Below are positions 11,084 to 20,428 of a stretch of 43,157 nucleotides of DNA, in pieces (the first letter of the stretch is position 1; each line of letters opens with the position of its first letter). Under the pieces are notes generated by a model, which saw nothing but the letters and a program-made list of their open reading frames with translations, did no database searches and was not told the origin of the DNA. A program made the translations under genes and the position numbers. The DNA is taken from sequence record SRR20825006_2093. One strand, written 5' to 3'.

Positions 11084-13348
11084 ATGCCTTATAATCTGCC
11101 CGCGACGCGCTTGCTGATGAACCGGCTCCGCCAGGTTATGGCGGAGGAAGGCGAAACACGGTCTCGGCTCGACAAGGTCGTCCGCCTGATCGCCTCCACC
11201 ATGGTGGCAGATGTCTGCTCCATCTATCTCAGACTGCAGGGCGGCGCGCTGCTCCTCATCGCGACGGAAGGTCTCAAGGCCGATGCTGTCGCCGCCACAC
11301 GCCTCAGCGTGAATGAGGGACTTGTCGGCCTGGTTGCACGCCGCGCCGAGCCGATGGCCATTCAGGACGCGCCGCGCCACCCCTCATTCTCCTACCGGCC
11401 GGAGACCGGCGAAGACCCGTTCCACGCCTTTCTCGGTGTCCCGATCCTGCGCGGCGGACGTGTCATTGGTGTCCTTACGGTTCAGAACCGGACCGAGCGG
11501 GCCTATGATGATGAGGAAATCGACAACCTCCAGACAATCGCCATGGTGCTGGCCGAGATTGTCGATCGGATTGATCCCGATGCGCTGAACAATGGCGGTA
11601 ATGAGAAGCGAGAGCGCAACACGGCATCCTTGACAGGACGCGTGTTTTGCGAAGGCCTCGGTTATGGGCGCGCTGTGTTGCACGATCCGGTCGTGCCGGC
11701 CGCGAAATTCTTCGCGGCGGATCAGGTGACCGAAAGCAAGCGCCTGTCCGAAGGCATGGCGGAGCTGAAGGCCTCTATCGACCGCATGATGGCATTGGAT
11801 GGCGCCGCGCTGGGCGAAGACCCGCGCGATGTGATGGAAACCTATCGTCTGCTGGCACATGATCCGTCCTGGGCCGAAAAGCTGCAGGAAGGCGTGAAGT
11901 CCGGGCTTTCCGCTGAGGCGTCGGTTGACCGGGCGCGGCGCGAACACCGCGCACGTCTGCAAAGTGCGCGCGACCCTTATTTGCGCGAGCGGCTGCACGA
12001 CCTCGAAGATCTCGACAACCGGCTGCTACGCATTCTCGGCGGGGAAGAGGGCAAGCCCCAGATCAGCGAGGAGCGCAGCGTGCTTGTCGCGCGGCGGCTT
12101 GGACCGGCAGAACTGCTGGAATACTCCAACACCGGCCTCAGGGCGATCCTGATGGAGGAGGCAGCCGCCTCGTCTCATGCGGCCATCGTTGCACGCGCCC
12201 TTGGTATCCCGACACTGGGTGGCATTGCCGGCCTGACCACACGCATCGACCAGGGCGATTGGGTCATCGTCGATGCCGAGGATGGCACGCTTCATATTCG
12301 CCCGGATGACTCCCTGTACGATGCGTACAAAGGGCGGGTTTCGCTGCGTTCAGAACGTCAGGCGGGCTATGAAGCGCTGAAGGATCTGCCAGCCCGCACG
12401 ACCGATGGCACGGAAGTCTCGTTGATGCTGAATGCGGGGCTCGACCTCGACATGGACATGATGAAACAGGCAGGCGCTGACGGCGTAGGCCTGTTCCGCA
12501 CTGAATTTCAGTTCCTCGTCTCGGAATCTCTGCCCAAGCTGAATGACCAGATCGACCTCTACAAGCGCGTTCTGGACAAGGCCGATGGCAAGCCGGTCAT
12601 CTTCCGCACCGTGGATCTGGGCGGCGATAAAGTGTTGCCCGCGCTGAACTTGCAACGGGAAGAAAACCCCGCGCTGGGCTGGCGGTCGATCCGGTTCGCG
12701 CTGGACCATAAGGGCCTGTTCCGACGCCAATTGCGCGCGCTCGTCCGCGCCGCTGGAGAGCGACCGCTGACCGTCATGTTTCCGATGGTGACGGTGGCGT
12801 CCGAATTCGAGGAAGCGCGAGATCTGTTGCTGACAGAAGTTGAATGGTCGGCAAAGCGCACAGGCCGCCGACCGTCACGCGTGGAAGTTGGCGTGATGCT
12901 GGAGACGCCAGCCTTGGCGTATGGTTTGCCGGAACTTGCCGGCAAGGCGGAATTCCTGTCGGTCGGGACGAATGACCTGATGCAATTTTTCTTCGCGGCT
13001 GACCGGATGACGCCGCATGTATCGGATCGCTACGATCTGGTGTCACCCAGCGCATTGCGATTCCTGAAAGAGGTCTCGGACGCCTGTAAAACTCATGGCA
13101 TACGCATGTCCGCGTGCGGGGAAGCGACGGGATCAACCCTGTCTGCGCTCTGCTTCGTGGCACTGGGATTTACCACATTGTCGATGTCGGCGGGCTCTAT
13201 TGGACCGGTCAAGCAAATGATAAGGTCATTCGACTTGCAGGCATTCAGGCCCGACTTTTTGGCGGCTCTGGACGCCCCGAAGCAGGATTTCCGTAACCAA
13301 GTATTAGCCTTGGCAGCCGATCATGGGATTGAGCTTTCTGATGGTTAA
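11084..13348 (+). CDS. ptsP: PEP-protein phosphotransferase EI(Ntr) with N-terminal GAF domain
   Basis: GAF (DVCSIY...ATEGL...EGLVG), SHAAIVAR phospho-His, GVGLFRTEF, EENPALGWR and SVGTNDL. Confidence 0.97.
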   Translation: MPYNLPATRLLMNRLRQVMAEEGETRSRLDKVVRLIASTMVADVCSIYLRLQGGALLLIATEGLKADAVAATRLSVNEGLVGLVARRAEPMAIQDAPRHPSFSYRPETGEDPFHAFLGVPILRGGRVIGVLTVQNRTERAYDDEEIDNLQTIAMVLAEIVDRIDPDALNNGGNEKRERNTASLTGRVFCEGLGYGRAVLHDPVVPAAKFFAADQVTESKRLSEGMAELKASIDRMMALDGAALGEDPRDVMETYRLLAHDPSWAEKLQEGVKSGLSAEASVDRARREHRARLQSARDPYLRERLHDLEDLDNRLLRILGGEEGKPQISEERSVLVARRLGPAELLEYSNTGLRAILMEEAAASSHAAIVARALGIPTLGGIAGLTTRIDQGDWVIVDAEDGTLHIRPDDSLYDAYKGRVSLRSERQAGYEALKDLPARTTDGTEVSLMLNAGLDLDMDMMKQAGADGVGLFRTEFQFLVSESLPKLNDQIDLYKRVLDKADGKPVIFRTVDLGGDKVLPALNLQREENPALGWRSIRFALDHKGLFRRQLRALVRAAGERPLTVMFPMVTVASEFEEARDLLLTEVEWSAKRTGRRPSRVEVGVMLETPALAYGLPELAGKAEFLSVGTNDLMQFFFAADRMTPHVSDRYDLVSPSALRFLKEVSDACKTHGIRMSACGEATGSTLSALCFVALGFTTLSMSAGSIGPVKQMIRSFDLQAFRPDFLAALDAPKQDFRNQVLALAADHGIELSDG

Positions 13349-13440
13349 TATGGACTGGCCCATATAATAACCACATTCATGGACCAGAAATTGCGCTGCA
13401 GGGAGGGGACACCCTCGCTGTATCGAAGAGCTGGAAGAAT

Positions 13441-14394
13441 ATGGCACACGACGACCTGACCCCTGAGCACGACCGTGATGATGCGAGCCCTGCGGCATCG
13501 CAGGACACGTCTGCGAGCGTGTCGGAATCTGAGTCGAATGAGACGGAAATGACCCCGCGCGAACGCGCCATGGAGATTTTCCAGGCGCGCGAGTTTGATG
13601 GCGAGACGTTGCGTATGGGCCAGGTCCTGCGCCGTGTGCGGGAGGCTCTGGGCCTCGAAATTGCAGACGTTTCCCGCGCAACATTGATGCGCAAAGACTA
13701 TCTGATGTGGATTGAGCGCATGGAAGTCGGCGAACTTCCACGTGGCGGCTATTTGACCGCGATCCTCAATACTTACGCCAAGTATCTCCAGCTGCCGGAA
13801 AAGGACGTAATCCGGATTTACAGTCAGGAATGCGGCGCTGTCGAAGAAGTGCACAGCGACGCCCCGGTCCCCAAGATTGGCCAGATCGCACCGGAAAAGG
13901 CCAAATGGCCACTCGCGGTTGCTGCGGCCGCGGTCTTGGTTGCGCTGGGCGCAGGCGCGCTCGGCGTGTCGCAATTGGTGCGCCCGAATGTCGAACTTTC
14001 CGCCGAACCTGGTGTCGTCTCCGTAAATGGTGCGCGTGACAGCCTGTTCGCGGAATCCACGAAATCCGATCGCCCTGTCCCCAGGAATTTGCCGCTGGAA
14101 CTGGTGGCGGTGAAGCAGGGCTGGATGGAAGTTCGCGGCGCTGATGGCACGATTTTCCGCAGCCGCGTAATGGCTGCCGGGGAAAGCTATTTTCCGCGCC
14201 TTCAGGCCGGCTGGACCGTGTCTGCCCGCAATGGCGGCGCCTTTGAATGGCGTGTCGGTGATGTCACGATCGGCCCTCTGGGCCCTGAAGGCGCCCAGGT
14301 ATTTTCGGCGAGCATTGATGACCAGATTGGTCGTGCCACCGACGCGGCGGCCCCAGCCATGGCTGCCAATGGTGGCAACAAGGCGACCCGCTAG
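13441..14394 (+). CDS. rodZ: RodZ-family cell-shape protein (HTH + TM + DUF4115)
   Basis: HTH (MGQVLRRVREALGLEIADVS...YLMWIE), single TM and periplasmic GWMEVRGADG motif. Sits in the usual position upstream of ispG. Confidence 0.85.
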   Translation: MAHDDLTPEHDRDDASPAASQDTSASVSESESNETEMTPRERAMEIFQAREFDGETLRMGQVLRRVREALGLEIADVSRATLMRKDYLMWIERMEVGELPRGGYLTAILNTYAKYLQLPEKDVIRIYSQECGAVEEVHSDAPVPKIGQIAPEKAKWPLAVAAAAVLVALGAGALGVSQLVRPNVELSAEPGVVSVNGARDSLFAESTKSDRPVPRNLPLELVAVKQGWMEVRGADGTIFRSRVMAAGESYFPRLQAGWTVSARNGGAFEWRVGDVTIGPLGPEGAQVFSASIDDQIGRATDAAAPAMAANGGNKATR

Positions 14395-14459
14395 GCTTGC
14401 CATGAGCCGCCGGACCCGCCATGTGATCCGGGACACTCACCGGACAGGACCCCGCGCCC

Positions 14460-15593
14460 ATGTCGCATAATCCAATCCGTCCCTGGCGCAATATCGAGCG
14501 CCGGAAATCCCGCCAGATCCGCGTTGGCAACGTGCTTGTGGGCGGCGATGCCCCGATTGCCGTGCAGACCATGACGAACACGCCGACCGAGGATGTCGCG
14601 GCCACGCTCGCGCAGATCGAGCGCGCCGCAGAAGCGGGCGTGGACATTGTGCGTGTCTCCTGTCCAACGGAAGACTCCACAGCCGCGATGCCGGAAATTT
14701 GCCGGGCGAGTCCCGTGCCAATCGTTGCGGACATCCATTTTCACTACAAGCGCGGTATCGAAGCCGCCGACGCTGGCGCGGCTTGCCTGCGGATCAATCC
14801 CGGCAATATCGGGTCTGAAGCCCGGGTGAGGGAAGTCGTGGCAGCGGCGCGCGCCAATGGGTGCTCCATCCGGATCGGCGTCAATGGCGGCTCGCTGGAG
14901 CGCCACCTGCTGGAAAAATATGGTGAGCCTTGCCCGGATGCGATGGTCGAGTCCGCGCTGGACCATGCCCGTATCCTCGATGATCTCGGCTTCCACGACT
15001 ATAAGATTTCGGTAAAGGCCTCGGACATGTTCCTGACCGTGGCGGCCTACCAGCAACTGGCCGAGGCAACTGACGCGCCGCTACATTTGGGCATCACTGA
15101 AGCTGGCGGTCTGCGCACAGGTACCGTGAAATCCTCTATCGGTATGGGCGCTTTGCTCTGGGCTGGCATTGGCGACACAATCCGTGTCTCGCTTTCCGCC
15201 GATCCGGTGGAAGAGGTGAAGGTCGGCTTCGAGATGCTGAAGTCGCTCGGTCTGCGGACGCGCGGCGTGAACATCGTGGCGTGTCCCAGCTGTGCGCGGC
15301 AGGGTTTTGACGTCATCAAGACCGTCGAACTGCTCGAACAGCGCCTTGCGCATATTTCCGAGCCGATCAGCCTGTCGATTATCGGCTGTGTCGTGAACGG
15401 ACCGGGCGAGGCGGCCCTGACCGATCTGGGCTTTACCGGTGGCGGCAAGGAAAGCGGCAAGATGTTCGTCTCCGGCCGCGCCGACCATAATGTCTCGAAT
15501 GCCGAAATGGTCGATCATATCGTCGGTCTCGTGGAGCAGAAAGCCGAATCCCTGCGCCGCGAGCGCGAGGCGGCCGAGGTGGCAGCGGAGTAG
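14460..15593 (+). CDS. ispG: (E)-4-hydroxy-3-methylbut-2-enyl-diphosphate synthase
   Basis: [43 protein letters not shown] and GCVVNGPGE. Confidence 0.98.
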   Translation: MSHNPIRPWRNIERRKSRQIRVGNVLVGGDAPIAVQTMTNTPTEDVAATLAQIERAAEAGVDIVRVSCPTEDSTAAMPEICRASPVPIVADIHFHYKRGIEAADAGAACLRINPGNIGSEARVREVVAAARANGCSIRIGVNGGSLERHLLEKYGEPCPDAMVESALDHARILDDLGFHDYKISVKASDMFLTVAAYQQLAEATDAPLHLGITEAGGLRTGTVKSSIGMGALLWAGIGDTIRVSLSADPVEEVKVGFEMLKSLGLRTRGVNIVACPSCARQGFDVIKTVELLEQRLAHISEPISLSIIGCVVNGPGEAALTDLGFTGGGKESGKMFVSGRADHNVSNAEMVDHIVGLVEQKAESLRREREAAEVAAE

Positions 15594-15689
15594 GCGGTCA
15601 CTGCATTTCGGCATTGTTTCCTAACCCTGTTTTCATGTCTCAACGCATAGAAGAACCCGCCCTGCGTTGCAGGGCGTCGAGGAGTATGT

Positions 15690-17339
15690 GTGATGCCGGT
15701 TAGTTTTTCAGGGACCGAGACGGTCAGGAAGCCCAGTGTTTTCCATAGAGAACTGCGCCGTATTCGGGCATTCCAGCACCTGATTTCCCGCCAGGTCGAC
15801 CATGAAGATGTGGTCGCGCATGTCCGTGATGATGGACAATTGTCAGGTCGCTATATCTTCATGATTGTCATGTCCTGCGCGATTGCGACCCTGGGCCTGC
15901 TATTGTCATCCCCGGCCGTAATCATCGGCGCCATGCTGATCTCGCCGCTGATGGGGCCGATCATGCTGTTCGGCTTTTCACTCAGCGAACTGAAACTTTC
16001 CTTCCTGCGAAAGTCTGCGGTGTCCCTGGTCGTGGGTGTGCTCAGCGCGCTCCTGATTTCTATACTCATTGTGAAGCTTTCGCCGCTGACAGATCCGACC
16101 CCGGAAATTGTGGCCCGGACCCGGCCGAATTTCTTTGACCTTCTGGTTGCTGTCTTTTCCGGCTTGGCTGGCGGCTATGCCGTGATCCACAGGAAAGGGG
16201 AGACGATTGTCGGTGTGGCGATCGCGACGGCCCTTATGCCGCCACTGGCGGTAACAGGCTACGGCATTGCTGTCGGCTCGCTCGCTGTGGCCGGCGGAGC
16301 TTTCTTCCTGTTCATGACCAATCTTCTTGCAATAGCCTTGTCCGTGACCGTCCTGTCCCGGATTTACGGGTTTGGTGACGAGGAAGCGGGCGGCAAGCGC
16401 GGCTATTGGCGATCGGCACTCGTCGTCGGCGTGTTCGCGGCCCTCTCGATTCCACTCGGCCTGGCTCTGCGCGACATTGCTTATGAGGCCCGGGCCACGG
16501 TGACCGTGCGGGACACGATCCTGTCTCCTTTTGCGGATGAACGGGCCCGGTTGGCAGACCTGGTCGTGACATTTCCGCGCGAGGCGCCGGTCGAAGTGGT
16601 TGCCACGGTCCGTGCACGGGAGCGTGTGGAAAATGCCGAGGCCGCGATCAGGGACCTCCTGCAAGAGCGGCTTGGTCGTCCGATCAGTGTCAGCCTGTAC
16701 CAAGTCATGATCGACGAAGACAAGGCGCTGGAGCGGACTGAATTGCTGCAACTGGCGGATGCGTCGATTGCCGCACCGCTCCGGGCGCAGATGGCCCGAC
16801 TGGAATCGGTGGCGCTGGTTCGCGAGCGTGAAGCCGAAATGCGCCAGGCCGCGCCATTTGCCGTTTCAGCAGCAGATGTAAATGCCGACGAGCGCAAGGC
16901 CATCTTCTTCGCCGAACCGGAAGCCGGCTTCACCATTGCCACCTATCGCGCGCTGGAGCAGGGCCTGGCCCGGCAATATGGTGACTGGTCGGTCCGTATC
17001 GTTCCTCCGGTGGGCGAACTTCCGCGGATCTCCTTCAGGGAGGGCGGCGTGGAGTTGGAAGACGGCGCGCTGCAAACGGTCGAGGATTGTGTGTGGGCCC
17101 TACAGCGATGGGGCGCCACGGACATTGCGGTTGTGGGCTATGCTTCGACGGCCGGGGAGTTGCAGCGCTTCAACAACCAGGCGCTTGCCTACCAGCGCGC
17201 CCAGGCGGTGGCCAACATGCTGGCGGAGCGGGGGTTTGTGGCCCGCGTCACGGGCGAGTATCGCGTAGTCAACCAGCGCCAGGATGAGCGCCAGCAAGGC
17301 TATCAGCGCTTCCAGACGGTTCAGATCCGGCCTGAATAG
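15690..17339 (+). CDS. DUF389 membrane protein fused to C-terminal OmpA-like domain
   Basis: DUF389 motifs: IATLGLL..SPAVIIGAMLISPLMGPI, EIVART.PNFFDL, GVAIATALMPPL. C-terminal ISF...VVGYAS..G.....N..LA..RA.AV...L...G. SD GAGGAG. Confidence 0.85.
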   Translation: MMPVSFSGTETVRKPSVFHRELRRIRAFQHLISRQVDHEDVVAHVRDDGQLSGRYIFMIVMSCAIATLGLLLSSPAVIIGAMLISPLMGPIMLFGFSLSELKLSFLRKSAVSLVVGVLSALLISILIVKLSPLTDPTPEIVARTRPNFFDLLVAVFSGLAGGYAVIHRKGETIVGVAIATALMPPLAVTGYGIAVGSLAVAGGAFFLFMTNLLAIALSVTVLSRIYGFGDEEAGGKRGYWRSALVVGVFAALSIPLGLALRDIAYEARATVTVRDTILSPFADERARLADLVVTFPREAPVEVVATVRARERVENAEAAIRDLLQERLGRPISVSLYQVMIDEDKALERTELLQLADASIAAPLRAQMARLESVALVREREAEMRQAAPFAVSAADVNADERKAIFFAEPEAGFTIATYRALEQGLARQYGDWSVRIVPPVGELPRISFREGGVELEDGALQTVEDCVWALQRWGATDIAVVGYASTAGELQRFNNQALAYQRAQAVANMLAERGFVARVTGEYRVVNQRQDERQQGYQRFQTVQIRPE

Positions 17340-17532
17340 TTCTGTGTACGGCCAAGGACGTGGCCTCTTCAAGCTTGCGCATACACGGGCGAAGGGAAGC
17401 CTTCACCCGGGGCGGTGATTGCGCCTGTTGGGAGCGCAACGGGGCTGATGATGGCCCGCGGTCTGATGGCGACTCCCACCATCATGTCATCGCGGCCATT
17501 GATCCGGCGGCCAAAGCCGACTTAATCGCTTA

Positions 17533-18141
17533 ATGACCGCTGACCTTCTTCTCCTGTTTGCCGATCGGATCGGCGTGTTCGTCTTTGCGATCTCTGGCGG
17601 CATTGTCGCTGTGCGCAAGCAAATGGACATGTTTGGTGTCATCGTGCTGGCCTTCCTGCCTGCGATTGGCGGCGGTACGCTGCGCGACCTGATCCTGTCC
17701 CAGCCGGTCTTCTGGCTGGAGGACACCCAGACCCTCGGGCTTGCGGTTGCAGGAGGCTTTACCGCTTTTTTCTTTCATCGCTGGCTGGAGAATTTCCGGC
17801 CCCTGCGCTGGGCCGATGCGTTCGGCATGGCGCTGTTCGCGGTGACCGGCGCGGCGAAGGCCATGTCGCTCGGCTTTGGCTGGCCGGTCGTGCTGATCAT
17901 GGGCACGATGACGGCGAGCGCGGGCGGCCTGCTGCGCGATGTCGTGGCGAATGAAGAGCCGCTGCTGCTCAAGAAGGACATCTATGCGACGGCCGCCCTG
18001 ATGGGGTCGCTCGTCTATTTCCTGCTCAAGCTGAGCGCCGTCGAGGAGACCTTTGCCTTTGGGGGCGGCCTCCTCGCAGCCTTCATGATCCGCGCGCTGG
18101 CGATCATTTTCAAACTGTCGCTGCCGCGCTCGCCTTTCTAG
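17533..18141 (+). CDS. trimeric intracellular cation channel (TRIC/YadS/UPF0126) family protein
   Basis: Duplicated motif: G..VFAISG...D.FG...GGGTLRD and DAFG.A.F...GA.KA...GGLLRD. Confidence 0.92.
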   Translation: MTADLLLLFADRIGVFVFAISGGIVAVRKQMDMFGVIVLAFLPAIGGGTLRDLILSQPVFWLEDTQTLGLAVAGGFTAFFFHRWLENFRPLRWADAFGMALFAVTGAAKAMSLGFGWPVVLIMGTMTASAGGLLRDVVANEEPLLLKKDIYATAALMGSLVYFLLKLSAVEETFAFGGGLLAAFMIRALAIIFKLSLPRSPF

Positions 18142-19318
18142 AGACGGGCGATGCGCTGGCGGGCTTCAGCCCGAATAGCGGCCGCAGAAAGCCGACGCGG
18201 CGGATGACCAATTCGTGCAACAGGGCACATCCGGCAAATGTGCCTCCGATGACAAGCGGCGCTTCGATCCCGACAGGCAGTTCCTGCCGGGTCAGCCAGT
18301 AGCCGAGCATGACGGTCAGCGTCTGGTGCAGGATGTACCAGGGGAAGATCGCCTCGGTCATGTAGGTCAGCGCACGGCTGGGCCGGTTGAGGTAGCGTTC
18401 GGCGAGGCCGAGCAGGGCTGCGATGGTGATCCAGGCATAGGCGAGGCGCGCAATGCGGGCTGGCCAGATGATCCAGTCCCAGTCTCCGCCCTCGCTGAGC
18501 ATTTCCCAGTTTTCCCAGAGGACAGACAGGCCTGCGCCGAGACCGACCATCAGACCGACCGCAAAGGGCAAGACGCGGCGGATTGCGCTCCAGAAATGGA
18601 CGTCCTTGGCCAGCAGGAAACCAATCATCAACATGGTCAGGCTGTGGGCGTGATTGGCCCAGTCCCAGGTGAGGTCGTGGGTAGTTTTGAAATAGGGATC
18701 GAGGGTAATGCGGTAGAGTATGTGGGGCAGTACGGGCAGGACAAGCGCCGCGGCTGGCCCCCATTTTCCGCCGAACAGGCGCTTTGTAATCTGCGCACCT
18801 GTGCCGCCCATGAAGCGCGCGATCCGACCCGCAAATGGCGCCAGCATCAGCGTGTAGACCAGCAAGTACACAATGTACCAGAGATGGTTCCAGGTGGGGG
18901 TTGTGATCGAAAAATCCGACCCGAAATCAAGGTATTGAGGCCAGAAGGCTAAGAAACTGCCTGAAAACTCCCCGGATTCGACCAGCTGCAGCCAGCTTTG
19001 CGGCGCGACCACGACCGCCATGCCGAACAGGATGGGCAGGCCCAGACGTACGACGCGTTCCCGGGCCAGTTTCGAGCCGCCCAGCTTGTCGGCTGCAAAG
19101 CGTAGCGCCACGCCGGAGATGAAGAAAAGCAGCGCGAGGCGCCACGGGTTCAGCAACATCATCGCCCATTCGGCCTCAGGGCCTGCATGCACGCTTTTCA
19201 CGTGCCAGCCCCAAGTCACGTTGAACATGCCGGAATGGTAGAGAATGAGCAGGCCAAACGCGATAATGCGCAGCCAGTCTAGATCGTATCGGCGCGGGAA
19301 GGCGGGAGCGTTGGGCAT
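18110..19318 (-). CDS. acyltransferase family 3 protein (MdoC/OpgC-like)
   Basis: RRYDLDWLR...LYH, WRLALLFFISG, ER..RLGLP, HLWY and FPWYILHQ. Multiple TM segments. SD AGGAG. Confidence 0.9.
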   Translation of the reverse strand: MPNAPAFPRRYDLDWLRIIAFGLLILYHSGMFNVTWGWHVKSVHAGPEAEWAMMLLNPWRLALLFFISGVALRFAADKLGGSKLARERVVRLGLPILFGMAVVVAPQSWLQLVESGEFSGSFLAFWPQYLDFGSDFSITTPTWNHLWYIVYLLVYTLMLAPFAGRIARFMGGTGAQITKRLFGGKWGPAAALVLPVLPHILYRITLDPYFKTTHDLTWDWANHAHSLTMLMIGFLLAKDVHFWSAIRRVLPFAVGLMVGLGAGLSVLWENWEMLSEGGDWDWIIWPARIARLAYAWITIAALLGLAERYLNRPSRALTYMTEAIFPWYILHQTLTVMLGYWLTRQELPVGIEAPLVIGGTFAGCALLHELVIRRVGFLRPLFGLKPASASPVSRKASAAATV

Positions 19319-19375
19319 GGGTTTCTCCTGTGGATTTGACGCCAGCCTCTCGCGCGCCTGTCGTCAGGTCACGCG

Positions 19376-19447
19376 GATTGGGATGTTCGGTGGATGCAGG
19401 GGACGAATGACCCGCCAGAGGGGTGGGCGGCGGTATTCAGGGACGAA
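19376..19447. promoter_or_regulatory. four direct repeats at 20-bp period, putative LytTR operator array
   Basis: GGGATG (19380), GGGACG (19400), GGGGTG (19420), GGGACG (19440). Copies 2 and 4 extend to GGGACGAA. Confidence 0.7.
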
Positions 19448-19499
19448 ATCATGAGATTTCTATTCCGGACTTGGCCGGGCTTGTGGCAGGAAGCGGGTC

Positions 19500-20354
19500 A
19501 TGGAACCTCGCAAGCTGCATCCCGAGATCGAAGCTGACCGTCGCGCAGACCGGAAGACGTGGATCTATTTCGGATGCTTCTTGTTCGCGTCATTTCTCGT
19601 GGAGTCCTTGTCAGATCAGCATTTGCTGAATCGGGTTGGGGATCCGTACCCAAACCTGCCATGGCTGAGCCAGGCGACGTCGCATGGCGTGATCCTGGCA
19701 TTGACGCCCTTTATCACTTTCATGCTCAGCCGGTTCCCACTCTCGGCGGGGCAGTGGCGCACCAATCTGCTGGTGCATGCAGCGGCGACAATACTGTTCT
19801 CGGTCGTACATATCCTGGCCATGGTGGCCCTGAGGAAACTGCTCACGCCGATTGTGTTCGGCATTCCGTATGATTTCGGGCTCTCGAATGTTTCGGTCTG
19901 GCTCTACGAATACCGCAAGGATGTGCTGAGCTATTCGCTGATCGCTGCGATCTTCTGGATGAACCGACTGGTCGAGCAACGCGCACTTGATTCCCGGGTG
20001 GCGCAACGCGACGCAACTGATTTGCATCGGCTGACGCTGAAATCCGGTGGGCGTTCCTATTTCGTGAATGCCCCGGATGTGATCTGGGCCAAGGCGGCGG
20101 GCAATTACGTCGAAGTTGTCACCAAGGGCAAATCCTATCTGGCGCGCCTGACGCTGACAGAGCTGTCACGTCTGTTGGATGCTGCTGGCGGACGGCATGT
20201 GCGGGTGCACCGCTCACACATCGTCAACCTGGACCATGTGCAGGCAATTGAGCCTACCGGCGAAGGGGATGTGACCCTGCGGCTGGACACGGGCGACGAG
20301 GTACCGGGCTCGCGGCGGTATCGCGCCCAGTTCGAGCCGGAACGGGCGGCCTGA
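19500..20354 (+). CDS. membrane-bound one-component regulator with C-terminal LytTR DNA-binding domain
   Basis: About 4 TM segments, then LytTR (VIWAKAAGNYVEV...R.TL..L...VRVHRSHIVNL...SRRY). No receiver domain. Confidence 0.92.
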   Translation: MEPRKLHPEIEADRRADRKTWIYFGCFLFASFLVESLSDQHLLNRVGDPYPNLPWLSQATSHGVILALTPFITFMLSRFPLSAGQWRTNLLVHAAATILFSVVHILAMVALRKLLTPIVFGIPYDFGLSNVSVWLYEYRKDVLSYSLIAAIFWMNRLVEQRALDSRVAQRDATDLHRLTLKSGGRSYFVNAPDVIWAKAAGNYVEVVTKGKSYLARLTLTELSRLLDAAGGRHVRVHRSHIVNLDHVQAIEPTGEGDVTLRLDTGDEVPGSRRYRAQFEPERAA

Positions 20355-20428
20355 CCACTTTTCCGTGAGGGGGTAGGCGGCCGGATAAATGCCGCTAGGG
20401 TGCCGGAACATTTTTCTCGGAGAGGTCC

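Noticed and set aside
15658..15676. Perfect 8-bp hairpin CGCCCTGC-gtt-GCAGGGCG as ispG terminator
   Set aside because: It has no U tract and lies directly before the next SD, so its role cannot be assigned.
17340..17532. Glycine riboswitch upstream of the UPF0126/TRIC gene
   Set aside because: The core motifs (GGAGA...CCGAAG...CTCTCAGG) are absent. Only a loose GGCCAAGGAC resemblance is present.
18110..18141. 32-bp convergent overlap between TRIC and acyltransferase genes (and 4-bp overlaps at 3241, 8332, 39150)
   Set aside because: Short 3' overlaps are common in compact genomes. There is no evidence of function.
19376..19447. CRISPR-like or tandem repeat array
   Set aside because: The conserved unit is only 6-8 bp at a 20-bp period and there are no cas genes. 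It fits an operator array instead.
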